Of a DNA stretch of 64,000 nucleotides, positions 1 through 8,966 are shown piece after piece. The notes beneath the pieces are model-generated. The model was not told where the DNA came from. It made no database searches and saw nothing but the letters and a program-made list of their open reading frames with translations. Each line of letters opens with the position of its first letter. The first letter of the stretch is position 1. Source of the stretch: Candidatus Pacearchaeota archaeon CG10_big_fil_rev_8_21_14_0_10_34_76 (lineage in GTDB: Archaea; Nanobdellota; Nanobdellia; Pacearchaeales; GW2011-AR1); assembly GCA_002763075.1 (NCBI GenBank), contig PFDB01000017.1:19745-83744 (forward strand), given 5' to 3'. The translations under genes and the position numbers were made by a program.

Positions 1-356
1 AGTATTGATGATTTCTGGATGTTTTTTGCATCCATGAATTCTTTTACTACATCTGCTTGTGAAGAAATTCCGTAGTTTGAAACTGATTTTTCAGATTCTC
101 CAAAACCATACATATCTAATGAGTATATTTTATAATTTTTTATTTCAGGAGCTAGAAGGGTAAAATCATTTTTAGATCCTGGACCCCCATGTATTAAAAT
201 GAGGTTTTTATCTCCTGAACCGTATTCATTGTAAGAAATGAATCCTTGCGAAAGTAAAACTGATTGAGAATTAATTTCTGGAGAGTAGAATGTTATTTGC
301 AATGCTCCAAATATTAATGAAGTGATGATTAGGGTGTAAATAAATTTTTTTTGCAT
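1..356 (-). CDS. alpha/beta-hydrolase-fold protein, N-terminal part only (gene runs off the left window edge)
   Basis: Minus-strand frame open from the ATG at 356 to the window edge, absent from the ORF track because it is open-ended. It reads MQKKFIYTLIITSLIFGALQ (hydrophobic N-terminus), then LILIHGGPGS and YGFGES, motifs typical of alpha/beta hydrolases. Confidence 0.5.
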   Translation of the reverse strand, partial: MQKKFIYTLIITSLIFGALQITFYSPEINSQSVLLSQGFISYNEYGSGDKNLILIHGGPGSKNDFTLLAPEIKNYKIYSLDMYGFGESEKSVSNYGISSQADVVKEFMDAKNIQKSSI

Positions 357-430
357 ATATTTAGCTTTTTTGGAAATATATAAAACCTATCAGGCAAAAA
401 GTTTATTAAGGTGTATTTCAAAAAAGGATT

Positions 431-742
431 GTGACAATTAAAATTCTAACTGAGGATAACTTCGATGACTTCATTTCATCTGGTAATGCTATTATTGATT
501 TTTATGCGGATTGGTGTGGGCCTTGTAAGATAATGGCCCCTCATTTTGAAAAGGCTTCTAAAGAGATGAAGGAAGTCAAGTTTGGAAAAGTTGACGTTGA
601 TGCTGAATCAAATCTTGCTGGAAGATTCCAAGTCATGTCTATCCCTACAACAATTTTCTTTAAGGATAAGGAACAAGTTGAAAGACATACTGGGGCTTTG
701 AGTCTTGATATGATAAAGGGTACTGCCGAGGAATTTTTCTAG
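431..742 (+). CDS. trxA: thioredoxin
   Basis: 103 aa with the canonical WCGPC active site and a thioredoxin-fold pattern (FYADWCGPCKIMAP...MSIPTTIFF). GTG start. Confidence 0.9.
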   Translation: MTIKILTEDNFDDFISSGNAIIDFYADWCGPCKIMAPHFEKASKEMKEVKFGKVDVDAESNLAGRFQVMSIPTTIFFKDKEQVERHTGALSLDMIKGTAEEFF

Positions 743-820
743 GTATTGTTAGACAAAGGAATATTTCTTCAAATTTATGAAGGTATGGATTTAATGTTCA
801 ATGGATAAAGAAACCTGAAC

Positions 821-830
821 ATTTAAAAAT
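821..830 (+). promoter_or_regulatory. TATA-box-like element upstream of tRNA-Lys(UUU)
   Basis: ATTTAAAAAT is centred about 31 nt upstream of the mature tRNA 5-prime end. A near-identical element sits upstream of the second tRNA-Lys at 57361. Confidence 0.4.
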
Positions 831-855
831 AACTTATTTCTCTTTTTATTAGTAT

Positions 856-991
856 GGCTCCGTAGCTCAGCCTGGTTAGAGCACTGGCCTTTTACAACAG
901 AGCAAGCTCCGTTGTCCTTCAAAAAGACACGGACATTGAAGACTTTGTTGAAGTAAGCCAGGTGTCGAGGGTTCAAATCCCTTCGGGGCCA
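856..991 (+). tRNA. tRNA-Lys (anticodon UUU) with a 61-nt intron at the canonical 37/38 position
   Basis: Hand-folded cloverleaf: acceptor GGCTCCG/CGGGGCC, D arm GCTC-AGCCTGGTTA-GAGC, anticodon stem CTGGC/GCCAG. The loop is CTTTTA|intron|A with anticodon at 891-893. T arm GAGGG-TTCAAAT-CCCTT, discriminator A. Intron about 895-955 if the junction is canonical. Confidence 0.85.
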
Positions 992-1169
992 TTCATACTG
1001 GGATTTGAACATCCAGAGAATTGAAAATTCTCTGTCCCTTCATTTCTGACGAAACTTCAGGAATCCCTTCGGGGCCATTCATACTAGGATTTGAACACTG
1101 CACGAATCAAAGATTCGCTGGCCTTCGGTTCTAACAAACCTTCAGGAATCCCTTCGGGGCCATTCATAC
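976..1169. repeat. three direct copies of the 23-nt tRNA-Lys 3-prime end (AATCCCTTCGGGGCCATTCATAC) with 85-86 nt period
   Basis: Identical 23-mers at 976-998 (inside the tRNA and its trailer), 1062-1084 and 1147-1169. Copies 1 and 2 are each followed by (G/A)GGATTTGAAC and a short hairpin. Copies 2 and 3 are each preceded by CTTCAGG. Confidence 0.85.
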
Positions 1170-1301
1170 CAGAGGTTAGAGGGATATGCCCAATTTTTGA
1201 CAAGAAAGATATAAATTTGCAGATTAGTAGAAAGCTTTAAAAACCCACATTTGTAATCTTTTGTTATTCCCGGATTAAACAAATAGTTTAAACTTTTCCA
1301 A

Positions 1302-1508
1302 ATGCATAGTTTACAGCCAAAACACTCCAAATTGAAACCCGAAGAGGTCGAAGAACTAATTAAAGAGTTAAATATTTCTGTCGGACAATTACCTAAAATA
1401 AAAACAACAGACAGTTGCCTTCCAGAGAAATGTGCGAGGGGAGATGTTGTTAAGATTGAAAGAAAATTTGATGAAAAAACTAGATTCTATTACAGGGTTG
1501 TATCATGA
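1302..1508 (+). CDS. rpoH: DNA-directed RNA polymerase subunit H (Rpo5)
   Basis: 68 aa with LPKIKTTD and GDVVKIERK...YYRVV, matching the archaeal RpoH/Rpb5 C-terminal domain. Its stop overlaps the rpoB start (ATGA), and it sits at the head of the rpo operon. Confidence 0.85.
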   Translation: MHSLQPKHSKLKPEEVEELIKELNISVGQLPKIKTTDSCLPEKCARGDVVKIERKFDEKTRFYYRVVS

Positions 1509-4500
1509 AAAAACATATTTTAATTGAGAAGTATTTGAAACAGCATTCGTTAGTTGAGTCTAACGTTATTAGCTTTGATAATTTTATTAATAATAGGATA
1601 CAACAGATTGCTGACGAAATTAATGAAGTGGCTAGCAATGAAGATGTTGAGATAAAGCTTGGAAAAATAAAAGTTGGAAAGCCAGAAGTAATTGAAGCTG
1701 ATGGAAGTGTTAGTATCATCACTCCTATTGAAGCAAGATTAAGGCAACTCACATATTCTGCTCCAGTATTCATAGAGCTTTCTGTTAAGTATGGTGAGCA
1801 AAGTGATAGTGCCGATGTTGAGATTGGAAGAATACCTGTTATGGTAAAGAGTTCTGTTTGTAATACTAGAGGAATGAGCAAGGATGAACTAAGAGGAATT
1901 TATATGGACCCATTAGACCCAGGCGGATATTTTATAATCAATGGTAATGAAAGAATTATGGTCATGGCTGAAGATCTTGCATCGAATCAGCCATTTATAG
2001 AAAATGGAAGAAATGGGTTGATGCTTAGAGTTTTCTCGCAAAGGGGGACATACAAAATTCCAACAACACTTACAGAGACAAATGAAGGAATCCTTGAGTT
2101 CACATTCAGCAGATTAAAAAATATTCCTGCGGTCGTGCTCTTGAAGGCTCTAGGACTAACAAAGGAATCAGATATCGCTAAAAATATTGGCAAGGAAGAT
2201 GACTCAATCATTGTAAATCTTTATGAGTTTGCAAGCATTCAAAATCCAGAAGATGCGTTGATGTATATCGCTGAAAAGAAGGGTATTCAAGGTACCAAGA
2301 AGGAGATACTTGACAGAACAAAAAAGAGCATAGATGATTTTTTCTTACCACATATAGGATTGGATAAAAATTCAAGGCAGGAAAAGGCACTAACTGCATG
2401 TAAACTTATCAAGCAATTCCTTAATGCACAAATCAATCCTGGTCTTAGGACCGATAAAGACCATTATGCAAATAAGAGGATAAAGCTTGCTGGAGACCTT
2501 CTTTCTGACCTGTTCAGAGTAAATCTAAATATATTTGTAAGAGATCTTCAATATTCATTACAAAAAGTTGTTAAGAGAAAGAAATTTTATTCTATAAAGA
2601 CAATTGCAAAATCAACATTATTTTCACACAGGATTGAAAGTGCTATCGCTACAGGGAGCTGGATTGGAGAAAGAACAGGAGTCACCCAAAATATGGATAA
2701 GACTAATTATATGTCTGTGCTTTCACAATTACAAAGAGTTGCAAGTATCCTTCCTGGAGAACAGGAGAACTTCATGGCAAGAACTCTTCACCCTACGCAT
2801 TATGGAAGATTCTGTCCAATTGAGACACCTGAAGGAACTGAGATTGGGTTGAGAAAAAATCTGGCCTTGTTGAGTAGAATATCCACTGCAGTGACTGACT
2901 TTAATGAGGCTGCTGCATTAAAGAAGTTTGAATCATTTGGGCTGAATAGTGAAGAAGGAAAGGATGTTTTCTTCAATGGAAGGTTTATTGGCCAGGCAAA
3001 GGATGCAGAATCATTTGTAAAAAATATAAGAGAGTTGAGAAGAAGTGGTGAGCTTCCATTTTCAATGAGTGTCAGAGATAGTAACGAAACAGATTCTATA
3101 ATGATGTCAAATGAAATCGGCAGAGTTTTGAGACCTTTGATAATCGCAGATAATGGAGTTAGTAGAATGAAGGATGAACATCTCTTACTTCTAGAACAGG
3201 ATAAGATGAAATGGCAAGACCTTTTGAAGGAAGGAGTAATTGAGTATATTGATGCTGCAGAGGAGGAGGAAGGTCTTATTGCATTGACATCTGACGAACT
3301 CGGTCCAAAACATACTCACCTGGAAGTAGATAAGATAGATTTATTCGGCCTTGTTACATCATTGGTGCCTTTTGGAAATCATGATCAATCTCCAAGACTT
3401 ATAAGAGGTAGTAAAACATACAAGCAATCCCTTGGAATATATGCGGCAAACTATTTATGCAGATTAGATACTGATGTTTCTATCCTCCATTATCCTCAGC
3501 ATCCTATTGTAAGAAGTTTTGTATATAATACTCTGGAGACATATCCTGCAGGACAAAATGTGATAGTTGCAATAATGCCATTTGAAGGATATAATGTTGA
3601 AGATGCAATTATATTGAATAAGGCTAGTGTTGATAGGGGAATGGGGAGAAGCACATACTTTAGACCTTATAGATCAAGTGAATTACATTATACTGGGAGC
3701 TTAAGAGATGAAATTGTTATACCTGATAAAGATGTTTCAGGATATAGAACTGAAGAATCATATAGGTTCCTTGAAGATGACGGAATAGCATATCCTGAAG
3801 CTGCACTTCATTCTGGAGAAGTTGCGATTGGAAAAGTCACACCTCCTAAATTCCTTTCGGAAGCTAAAGATTTAAGCATACAAGCCAAGAAAGAAGCAAG
3901 TACTGTTATAAGGCAAGAGGAAAAGGGTACAGTCGATGCAGTTTTTATTACTGCAGATAGAGAAGGAAACAAAATTGCGCAAGTAAGAACAAGAGATCTT
4001 AGAATCCCAGAACCTGGAGACAAGTATTCAACTCCTCACGGACAGAAAGGAATTATTGGATTAATTGCAGACCCTAGAGATCTTCCTTTCACTGCCAGAG
4101 GAATAAAGCCAGATCTTATATTCAATCCTCATGGAATCCCTAGTAGAATGACTGCTGGATATTTGATAGAACTTTTAGCAGGAAAATCTGGATCTGTGAG
4201 TGGACAAATTATTGATGGAACTTCATTTTCGGGAGAGAAAATAGAAGATTTTGAGAATAGACTTCAAAGTTTTGGATTCAGGTATGATGGAAAAGAAACT
4301 ATGTATGATGGTGTGACTGGAAAGAAAATGCAGGCTAAGATTTACATTGGAAATATGTATTATCTTAAGCTTAAGTATATGGTTGGAAACAGAATACACG
4401 CAAGAGCATCTGGAAAGGTTGCGTTACTTACAAGACAGCCTACTGAAGGAAGAGCGAGAGGAGGAGCCTTGAGATTGGGAGAAATGGAGCAACAAGCATT

Positions 4501-4747
4501 AGTAGGACATGGAGCTTCATTATTGCTGAAGGAAAGATATGATTCAGATAAGACTGTCCTTTATATATGCAATAAGTGTGGTAATGTAGGAATCAAAGAC
4601 AAAATAAGAAATAAAATATATTGCCCTGTTGACGGAACCAATGATGTTGAGCCCGTCGAGGTTTCATATGCATTTAAACTGCTTGTTGATGAATTGCTAG
4701 CGTTGCATATAGTAGCATCATTTGAGCTAAAGAACAAATACGAATAA
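1505..4747 (+). CDS. rpoB: DNA-directed RNA polymerase subunit B (Rpo2), unsplit
   Basis: 1080 aa. Carries second-largest-subunit motifs: GYFIINGNERIMV, RFCPIETPEG, GYNVEDAI, GDKYSTPHGQKG, PSRMTAGYLIE, RGGALRLGEMEQQAL. The C-terminal zinc ribbon reads CNKCG...CPVDG. Confidence 0.95.
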   Translation: MKKHILIEKYLKQHSLVESNVISFDNFINNRIQQIADEINEVASNEDVEIKLGKIKVGKPEVIEADGSVSIITPIEARLRQLTYSAPVFIELSVKYGEQSDSADVEIGRIPVMVKSSVCNTRGMSKDELRGIYMDPLDPGGYFIINGNERIMVMAEDLASNQPFIENGRNGLMLRVFSQRGTYKIPTTLTETNEGILEFTFSRLKNIPAVVLLKALGLTKESDIAKNIGKEDDSIIVNLYEFASIQNPEDALMYIAEKKGIQGTKKEILDRTKKSIDDFFLPHIGLDKNSRQEKALTACKLIKQFLNAQINPGLRTDKDHYANKRIKLAGDLLSDLFRVNLNIFVRDLQYSLQKVVKRKKFYSIKTIAKSTLFSHRIESAIATGSWIGERTGVTQNMDKTNYMSVLSQLQRVASILPGEQENFMARTLHPTHYGRFCPIETPEGTEIGLRKNLALLSRISTAVTDFNEAAALKKFESFGLNSEEGKDVFFNGRFIGQAKDAESFVKNIRELRRSGELPFSMSVRDSNETDSIMMSNEIGRVLRPLIIADNGVSRMKDEHLLLLEQDKMKWQDLLKEGVIEYIDAAEEEEGLIALTSDELGPKHTHLEVDKIDLFGLVTSLVPFGNHDQSPRLIRGSKTYKQSLGIYAANYLCRLDTDVSILHYPQHPIVRSFVYNTLETYPAGQNVIVAIMPFEGYNVEDAIILNKASVDRGMGRSTYFRPYRSSELHYTGSLRDEIVIPDKDVSGYRTEESYRFLEDDGIAYPEAALHSGEVAIGKVTPPKFLSEAKDLSIQAKKEASTVIRQEEKGTVDAVFITADREGNKIAQVRTRDLRIPEPGDKYSTPHGQKGIIGLIADPRDLPFTARGIKPDLIFNPHGIPSRMTAGYLIELLAGKSGSVSGQIIDGTSFSGEKIEDFENRLQSFGFRYDGKETMYDGVTGKKMQAKIYIGNMYYLKLKYMVGNRIHARASGKVALLTRQPTEGRARGGALRLGEMEQQALVGHGASLLLKERYDSDKTVLYICNKCGNVGIKDKIRNKIYCPVDGTNDVEPVEVSYAFKLLVDELLALHIVASFELKNKYE

Positions 4748-4748
4748 A

Positions 4749-7700
4749 ATGGAAGATATAATAAGAAAAAAAGTAAAGGCATTAAGGTTTAACTTGATTA
4801 GCCCAGAAACAATCAAAAAAATAAGCGTAGCTAAGATTGTGACTCCAGAGTTATATGATGTTGATGGATTCCCAGTAGATGGAGGATTAATGGACTTAAG
4901 ACTTGGAGCTATAGACCCAGGAGTAAGATGTCGAACAGATGGTGCTACTATGAAAGACTGCCCAGGTTATCCTGGAACAATTGAGTTAGCAAGACCCATA
5001 TTACATATAAAATATGTTCCTTTGATTGAGCTCTTTTTGAGAAGCTTTTGCCAGAATTGTTCTAAGTTAACACTTGATGAACACAAACAGGCTGATTTGA
5101 CTCCAGTTGAAAGAGCTAAAAAAGCACGTGATAAGAAAAAGTGTCCTCATTGTGGAGAGCCTCAAGAGAAAGTTAAGCTTGAGAAGCCAATCACTTTTAT
5201 GATGGGGAAGAGGAGAATATTCCCTACTGAGATAAGAGAGATGCTTGTCAAAATCAAGGATGAGGAAATGAGAAGGATTGGTGTGAATTCCAAAACATGC
5301 AGACCTGAATGGGCAATTCTTTCACAATTAATAGTGCCTAGTGTAAATGTAAGACCGTCTATTACTCTTGAATCTGGAGAGAGAAGTGAAGACGACCTCA
5401 CTCATAAATTGTCTGATATAATCAGGGCAAATCAAAGATTGTGGGAGAACCTAAATGCTGGTGCTCCGGAAGTTATTATTGAAGATCTTTGGGATCTTTT
5501 GCAGTATCATGTGACTACATATTTTGATAATAATACAACGAGAATCCCACCTGCAAGACACAGGTCAGGTCAGCCTTTGAAAACAATAACTGAAAGAATA
5601 AAGGGAAAAGAAGGAAGAATAAGAAAAAATCTTGCTGGAAAGAGAGTCAATTTCTCTGGAAGAACTGTTGTTTCTCCTGATCCTTATTTAAAATTGAATG
5701 AAGTTGGAGTCCCATATGATGTTGCGACAATAATAACTGTTGCTGAAAATGTTACAACTGCTAATATTGAGAGAATGAAAAATTTGATAAGGCAAGGAAG
5801 CGAACATCCCGGCGCTAATTATGTGATGAGGCCAGATGGAAAGAAAAAGAAAATCACAAATGAACTTAAGGAAGAGTTATGTAATGAAATACAACCAGGA
5901 TATAAGATTGAGAGACACCTACAAGATGGAGATGTTGTTCTTTTCAATAGACATCCGTCATTGCATAAGCAAAGCCTGATGGCACATTATGTAAGGGTCC
6001 TTCCACATAGAACATTTAGGATACATCCTGCTTCTGCATTCCCTTACAATGCTGACTTTGATGGTGATGAGGTTAACATTCACTCCCCTCAAACAGAGGA
6101 AGCTAGGGCTGAAGCCATTAAGCTTCTTGATTTGAACCACAACATAATTTCTGGCAAGAATGGAATAAACCTTATAGGATGTATTGCAGATGCAGTTACA
6201 GGGCTTTATATGCTCGGTAGAGAAGATTTTTCTAAGGCTTATGCTCAACAATTATTATACAGCACGGGAATTGTAAGTAATCTCAAGAAGAAAACTGTAA
6301 GTGGGAAAGAAATATTTGAAGAAATACTTCCAAAAGATGCTAATATCAAAATTCCTAATGAATTAACTGGAGAAAAAACATTTGGAGTGGAAGAGGGAGT
6401 TATGGTTAAGGAGATAGATAAGGCATGTGGAAGACAAGAAGCAATAAATTCTATAACTAGAGCATTTACCCTAGGGACTACACATCTATCTAGGTCTGGA
6501 TATACATTGTCTATTCAGGATGTTAACGTATCTTCAAAGGTGAAAGAGATTACTAAAGAAATAATAGAAAAAGCTGAAAAGAAGACACAACAGATAATCG
6601 AGGATGCTAAGTCTGGAACCTTGGCTTTGATTCCTGGAAAGAGTGTTGATGAAAGCAAGGAATTGAAAATTTCTCAGGCACTTAATGAAGTTAGATCTGA
6701 AGTTGGTAAGGTTGTGAAAGCCAATTTCCCTGCAGAAGGAAATGTTAGCAAAATGATTACTTCTGGAGCTGCGGGAAGTCTTCTTAATATCACCCAGATA
6801 GGATGTTGTGTGGGACAACAAATTTTGTGGAATAAGCGTATTGGATTTGGATATTCTGGAAGGACATTATCATTCTTCCAAAAAGGAGATATTGGAGCCG
6901 ATGCAAGAGGATTTATCAAATCATCATATTCTGACGGACTTAATCCAAAAGAATTTTTCTTTGGCGCAATTACTGCAAGAGACGGATTAATGGATACTGC
7001 ATTGAGAACTCCTAAATCTGGATATTTGTATAGAAGACTTGTAAGCGCATTGCAAGATTTAAGAGCAGAATATGACGGAACAGTTAGAGATGCATCAGGG
7101 AATATTATCCAGTTCCTTTATGGTGGAGATGGTGAAGATGTTGCAGGACTTCATCTTAATAAGAAAGTATCTCCTGGTGAATCTGTTGGAGTTATTACTG
7201 CACAAAGTTTTGGTGAGGCTTCTACTCAAATGGTACTTAATGTATTCCACTCTGCTGGAGTTGCTGAAATGCAGGTTACACTTGGACTGCCAAGACTTAT
7301 AGAGATATTTGATGCTAGGAAGAAACCCTCTACACCCTTGATGGAATTATATCTTGATAAAGATTCCAATAATGAAAAGGATGCAAGAGTCATCGCAGAG
7401 AAAATCAAGGAAGTGAAATTAAAGGAAATTGCAAAAGAGATATCCATGGATTTCTCTGGAAAGAAACTTGAAATAGAAATTGATAGTAACGCATTGAAGG
7501 CTGTTCATGTTGGAATACAAAAAATAGCAGACAGACTTATTGAGAAAGGATTTGTTGTAAAGGTTAAGGATAACAATCTTCTTATAGTAAATCTTGGTGA
7601 GCTGAACTTTAGAGAGATGTATAAAATAAAAGAGAAAATGAAGGATACAATAATCTCTGGGCTTAAGAACATTTCTCAGGTTGTCGTAGCTAAAAGAGAT

Positions 7701-8165
7701 TCAGATTATGTTATCCTGACTGCAGGAAGTAATCTTTCAGAAGTAATGGAAATTAAAGGGATAGACAGAAACAGAGTCTCTTCAAATGATATTCATGAGA
7801 CTGCAGCTGTTCTTGGAATTGAGGCTGCCAGAGAAACAATCATGAACGAGATAAAAAAAGTTATTGAAAGTCAAGGTCTTGATATTAATATAAGGCATCT
7901 TGATCTTATTGCGGATGCAATGACATCTTTAGGAGTTGTTAAAGGAGTTACAAGAATGGGAATTGTTTCTGAGAAAACAAGTGTATTTGCAAGAGCTGCA
8001 TTCGAAACACCTGACAAAGAATTTGTGAATGCTACTATACAGGGAAAGAAAGATGATTTAGCGTCGGTAATTGAGAATATAATGCTTAACCAACCTGTTC
8101 CAATTGGTACAGGACTTCCAGGATTGTTGGTTAAAGTGACTGGCCCTCTTGTAAAAAAGAAATAA
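4749..8165 (+). CDS. rpoA: DNA-directed RNA polymerase largest subunit with A' and A'' (Rpo1N+Rpo1C) parts in one ORF
   Basis: 1138 aa continuous ORF. It holds the A' signatures (zinc-binding N-terminus, RVNFSGRTVVSPDP, active site NADFDGDE, bridge helix ARDGLMDTALRTPKSGYLYRRL). It then runs directly into the A'' trigger-loop signature GVITAQSFGEASTQMVLNVFHSAGV. Confidence 0.9.
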   Translation: MEDIIRKKVKALRFNLISPETIKKISVAKIVTPELYDVDGFPVDGGLMDLRLGAIDPGVRCRTDGATMKDCPGYPGTIELARPILHIKYVPLIELFLRSFCQNCSKLTLDEHKQADLTPVERAKKARDKKKCPHCGEPQEKVKLEKPITFMMGKRRIFPTEIREMLVKIKDEEMRRIGVNSKTCRPEWAILSQLIVPSVNVRPSITLESGERSEDDLTHKLSDIIRANQRLWENLNAGAPEVIIEDLWDLLQYHVTTYFDNNTTRIPPARHRSGQPLKTITERIKGKEGRIRKNLAGKRVNFSGRTVVSPDPYLKLNEVGVPYDVATIITVAENVTTANIERMKNLIRQGSEHPGANYVMRPDGKKKKITNELKEELCNEIQPGYKIERHLQDGDVVLFNRHPSLHKQSLMAHYVRVLPHRTFRIHPASAFPYNADFDGDEVNIHSPQTEEARAEAIKLLDLNHNIISGKNGINLIGCIADAVTGLYMLGREDFSKAYAQQLLYSTGIVSNLKKKTVSGKEIFEEILPKDANIKIPNELTGEKTFGVEEGVMVKEIDKACGRQEAINSITRAFTLGTTHLSRSGYTLSIQDVNVSSKVKEITKEIIEKAEKKTQQIIEDAKSGTLALIPGKSVDESKELKISQALNEVRSEVGKVVKANFPAEGNVSKMITSGAAGSLLNITQIGCCVGQQILWNKRIGFGYSGRTLSFFQKGDIGADARGFIKSSYSDGLNPKEFFFGAITARDGLMDTALRTPKSGYLYRRLVSALQDLRAEYDGTVRDASGNIIQFLYGGDGEDVAGLHLNKKVSPGESVGVITAQSFGEASTQMVLNVFHSAGVAEMQVTLGLPRLIEIFDARKKPSTPLMELYLDKDSNNEKDARVIAEKIKEVKLKEIAKEISMDFSGKKLEIEIDSNALKAVHVGIQKIADRLIEKGFVVKVKDNNLLIVNLGELNFREMYKIKEKMKDTIISGLKNISQVVVAKRDSDYVILTAGSNLSEVMEIKGIDRNRVSSNDIHETAAVLGIEAARETIMNEIKKVIESQGLDINIRHLDLIADAMTSLGVVKGVTRMGIVSEKTSVFARAAFETPDKEFVNATIQGKKDDLASVIENIMLNQPVPIGTGLPGLLVKVTGPLVKKK

Positions 8166-8235
8166 TATTCTCTAAGGTATATTGAGCCAGACATAAATTT
8201 ATAAACTGTCTAAGGATAAATGTTTTATACAAAAA

Positions 8236-8475
8236 ATGGTTGATGAGATTAAGAATTTTATTGAAGAGCACCAAATAATATTTGGTATAAAGGAATGTCT
8301 GAAAAAATCTGACTCTGTGAAAAAAGTGTTTATTGTGAATGATTGTAGAGAGGATGTAAGAAAATTGCTGAAAGCAAATAAAATTGAATTTGAGAATCTA
8401 GAGTTTTCTAAGGGAGATGTTTCAAGCAGGATGGGACTGCCCTTTCAATGTGAAGTTTTTGGTTTAAAAAAATAA
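8236..8475 (+). CDS. rpl30e: ribosomal protein L30e (eL30) family
   Basis: 79 aa L7Ae/L30e-like pattern (IIFGIKECLKK...VKKVFIVNDCREDV...). It occupies the conserved position between rpoA and nusA. Confidence 0.7.
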   Translation: MVDEIKNFIEEHQIIFGIKECLKKSDSVKKVFIVNDCREDVRKLLKANKIEFENLEFSKGDVSSRMGLPFQCEVFGLKK

Positions 8476-8476
8476 T

Positions 8477-8893
8477 ATGACAACCACAATAAACATGCAG
8501 ACTATGAGGTATATTAATCTCTTGAGGAGAGTTGCGAGAGTTAATACTACTGATTGTTTTGTCTATAATAACGTGATAATTTATGTTGTTTCTGCTGGTG
8601 AAATGAAGAGGGCTCTTGGTGAGCGTGGAAAGAATGTTAGAGAGTTGCAAGAGATTCTTGGTAAAAAAATAAAAATTGTCAGAGAAGCAAAGGATGTAAC
8701 AGATATGCAAAGATTTATCCAAGATATTGTTGATCCTGTCAGTTTCAAATCTGTTGAGATAAGGAATGAAAATATTGTACTTACTGCTGGCGCTATAGCC
8801 AAGGCTGCACTGATTGGAAGAAATAAAAGAAGATTGATTGAGTTGAACAAAATCCTCGAAGACTATTTTGGAAAAGAATTGAAGATAATTTAA
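8477..8893 (+). CDS. nusA: archaeal NusA-like transcription termination factor (KH domains)
   Basis: 138 aa with KH-type GxxG-like segments (LGERGKNVRELQEILGKKIKIV; LIGRNKRRLIELNKIL). Conserved synteny L30e-NusA-S12. Confidence 0.75.
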   Translation: MTTTINMQTMRYINLLRRVARVNTTDCFVYNNVIIYVVSAGEMKRALGERGKNVRELQEILGKKIKIVREAKDVTDMQRFIQDIVDPVSFKSVEIRNENIVLTAGAIAKAALIGRNKRRLIELNKILEDYFGKELKII

Positions 8894-8936
8894 ACTGCCT
8901 AAACTAAAAGTTTAAAAAGCAATTCTTCCACGAAGA

Positions 8937-8944
8937 TTTATAAA
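8937..8944 (+). promoter_or_regulatory. TATA-box-like element upstream of rps12
   Basis: TTTATAAA is centred about 27 nt upstream of the S12 ATG, which suggests a leaderless or very short-leader transcript. Confidence 0.35.
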
Positions 8945-8966
8945 CACATTTGGTTAGAAACTTTAC

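Noticed and set aside
895-955. Box C/D or H/ACA guide RNAs inside the long tRNA-Lys introns (895-955 and 57431-57504).
   Set aside because: Neither intron has a RUGAUGA plus CUGA pair in the correct order and spacing, and neither has an ACA-type tail. Only generic hairpins are present.
976-1169. Possibility that the three 23-nt repeats form a mini CRISPR array.
   Set aside because: There are only three copies. The repeat is identical to the tRNA-Lys 3-prime end, the intervening segments are homologous to each other rather than unique spacers, and no cas genes or leader are present.
791-1330. Minus-strand ORFs 791-1012 and 1142-1330, and 57412-57618 at the second locus, which share the peptide WPRRDLNPRHL.
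   Set aside because: The shared peptide is simply the reverse-complement translation of the tRNA-Lys T arm and acceptor stem and its repeated copies. These are not protein-coding genes.
1480-1881. Many 60-170 aa ORFs antisense to or out of frame with large genes, for example 1480-1881, 5958-6251, 8408-8722, 11097-11353, 24839-25165, 39275-39631, 44787-45176, 54155-54460 and 55337-55840.
   Set aside because: Each lies wholly inside a long ORF with strong family motifs (rpoB, rpoA, nusA, EF-2, smc, the SIS gene, the ABC permease, cdc48). Their translations are low-complexity Ser/Leu/Ile/Phe-rich, as expected for the antisense strand of A/T-rich coding DNA.
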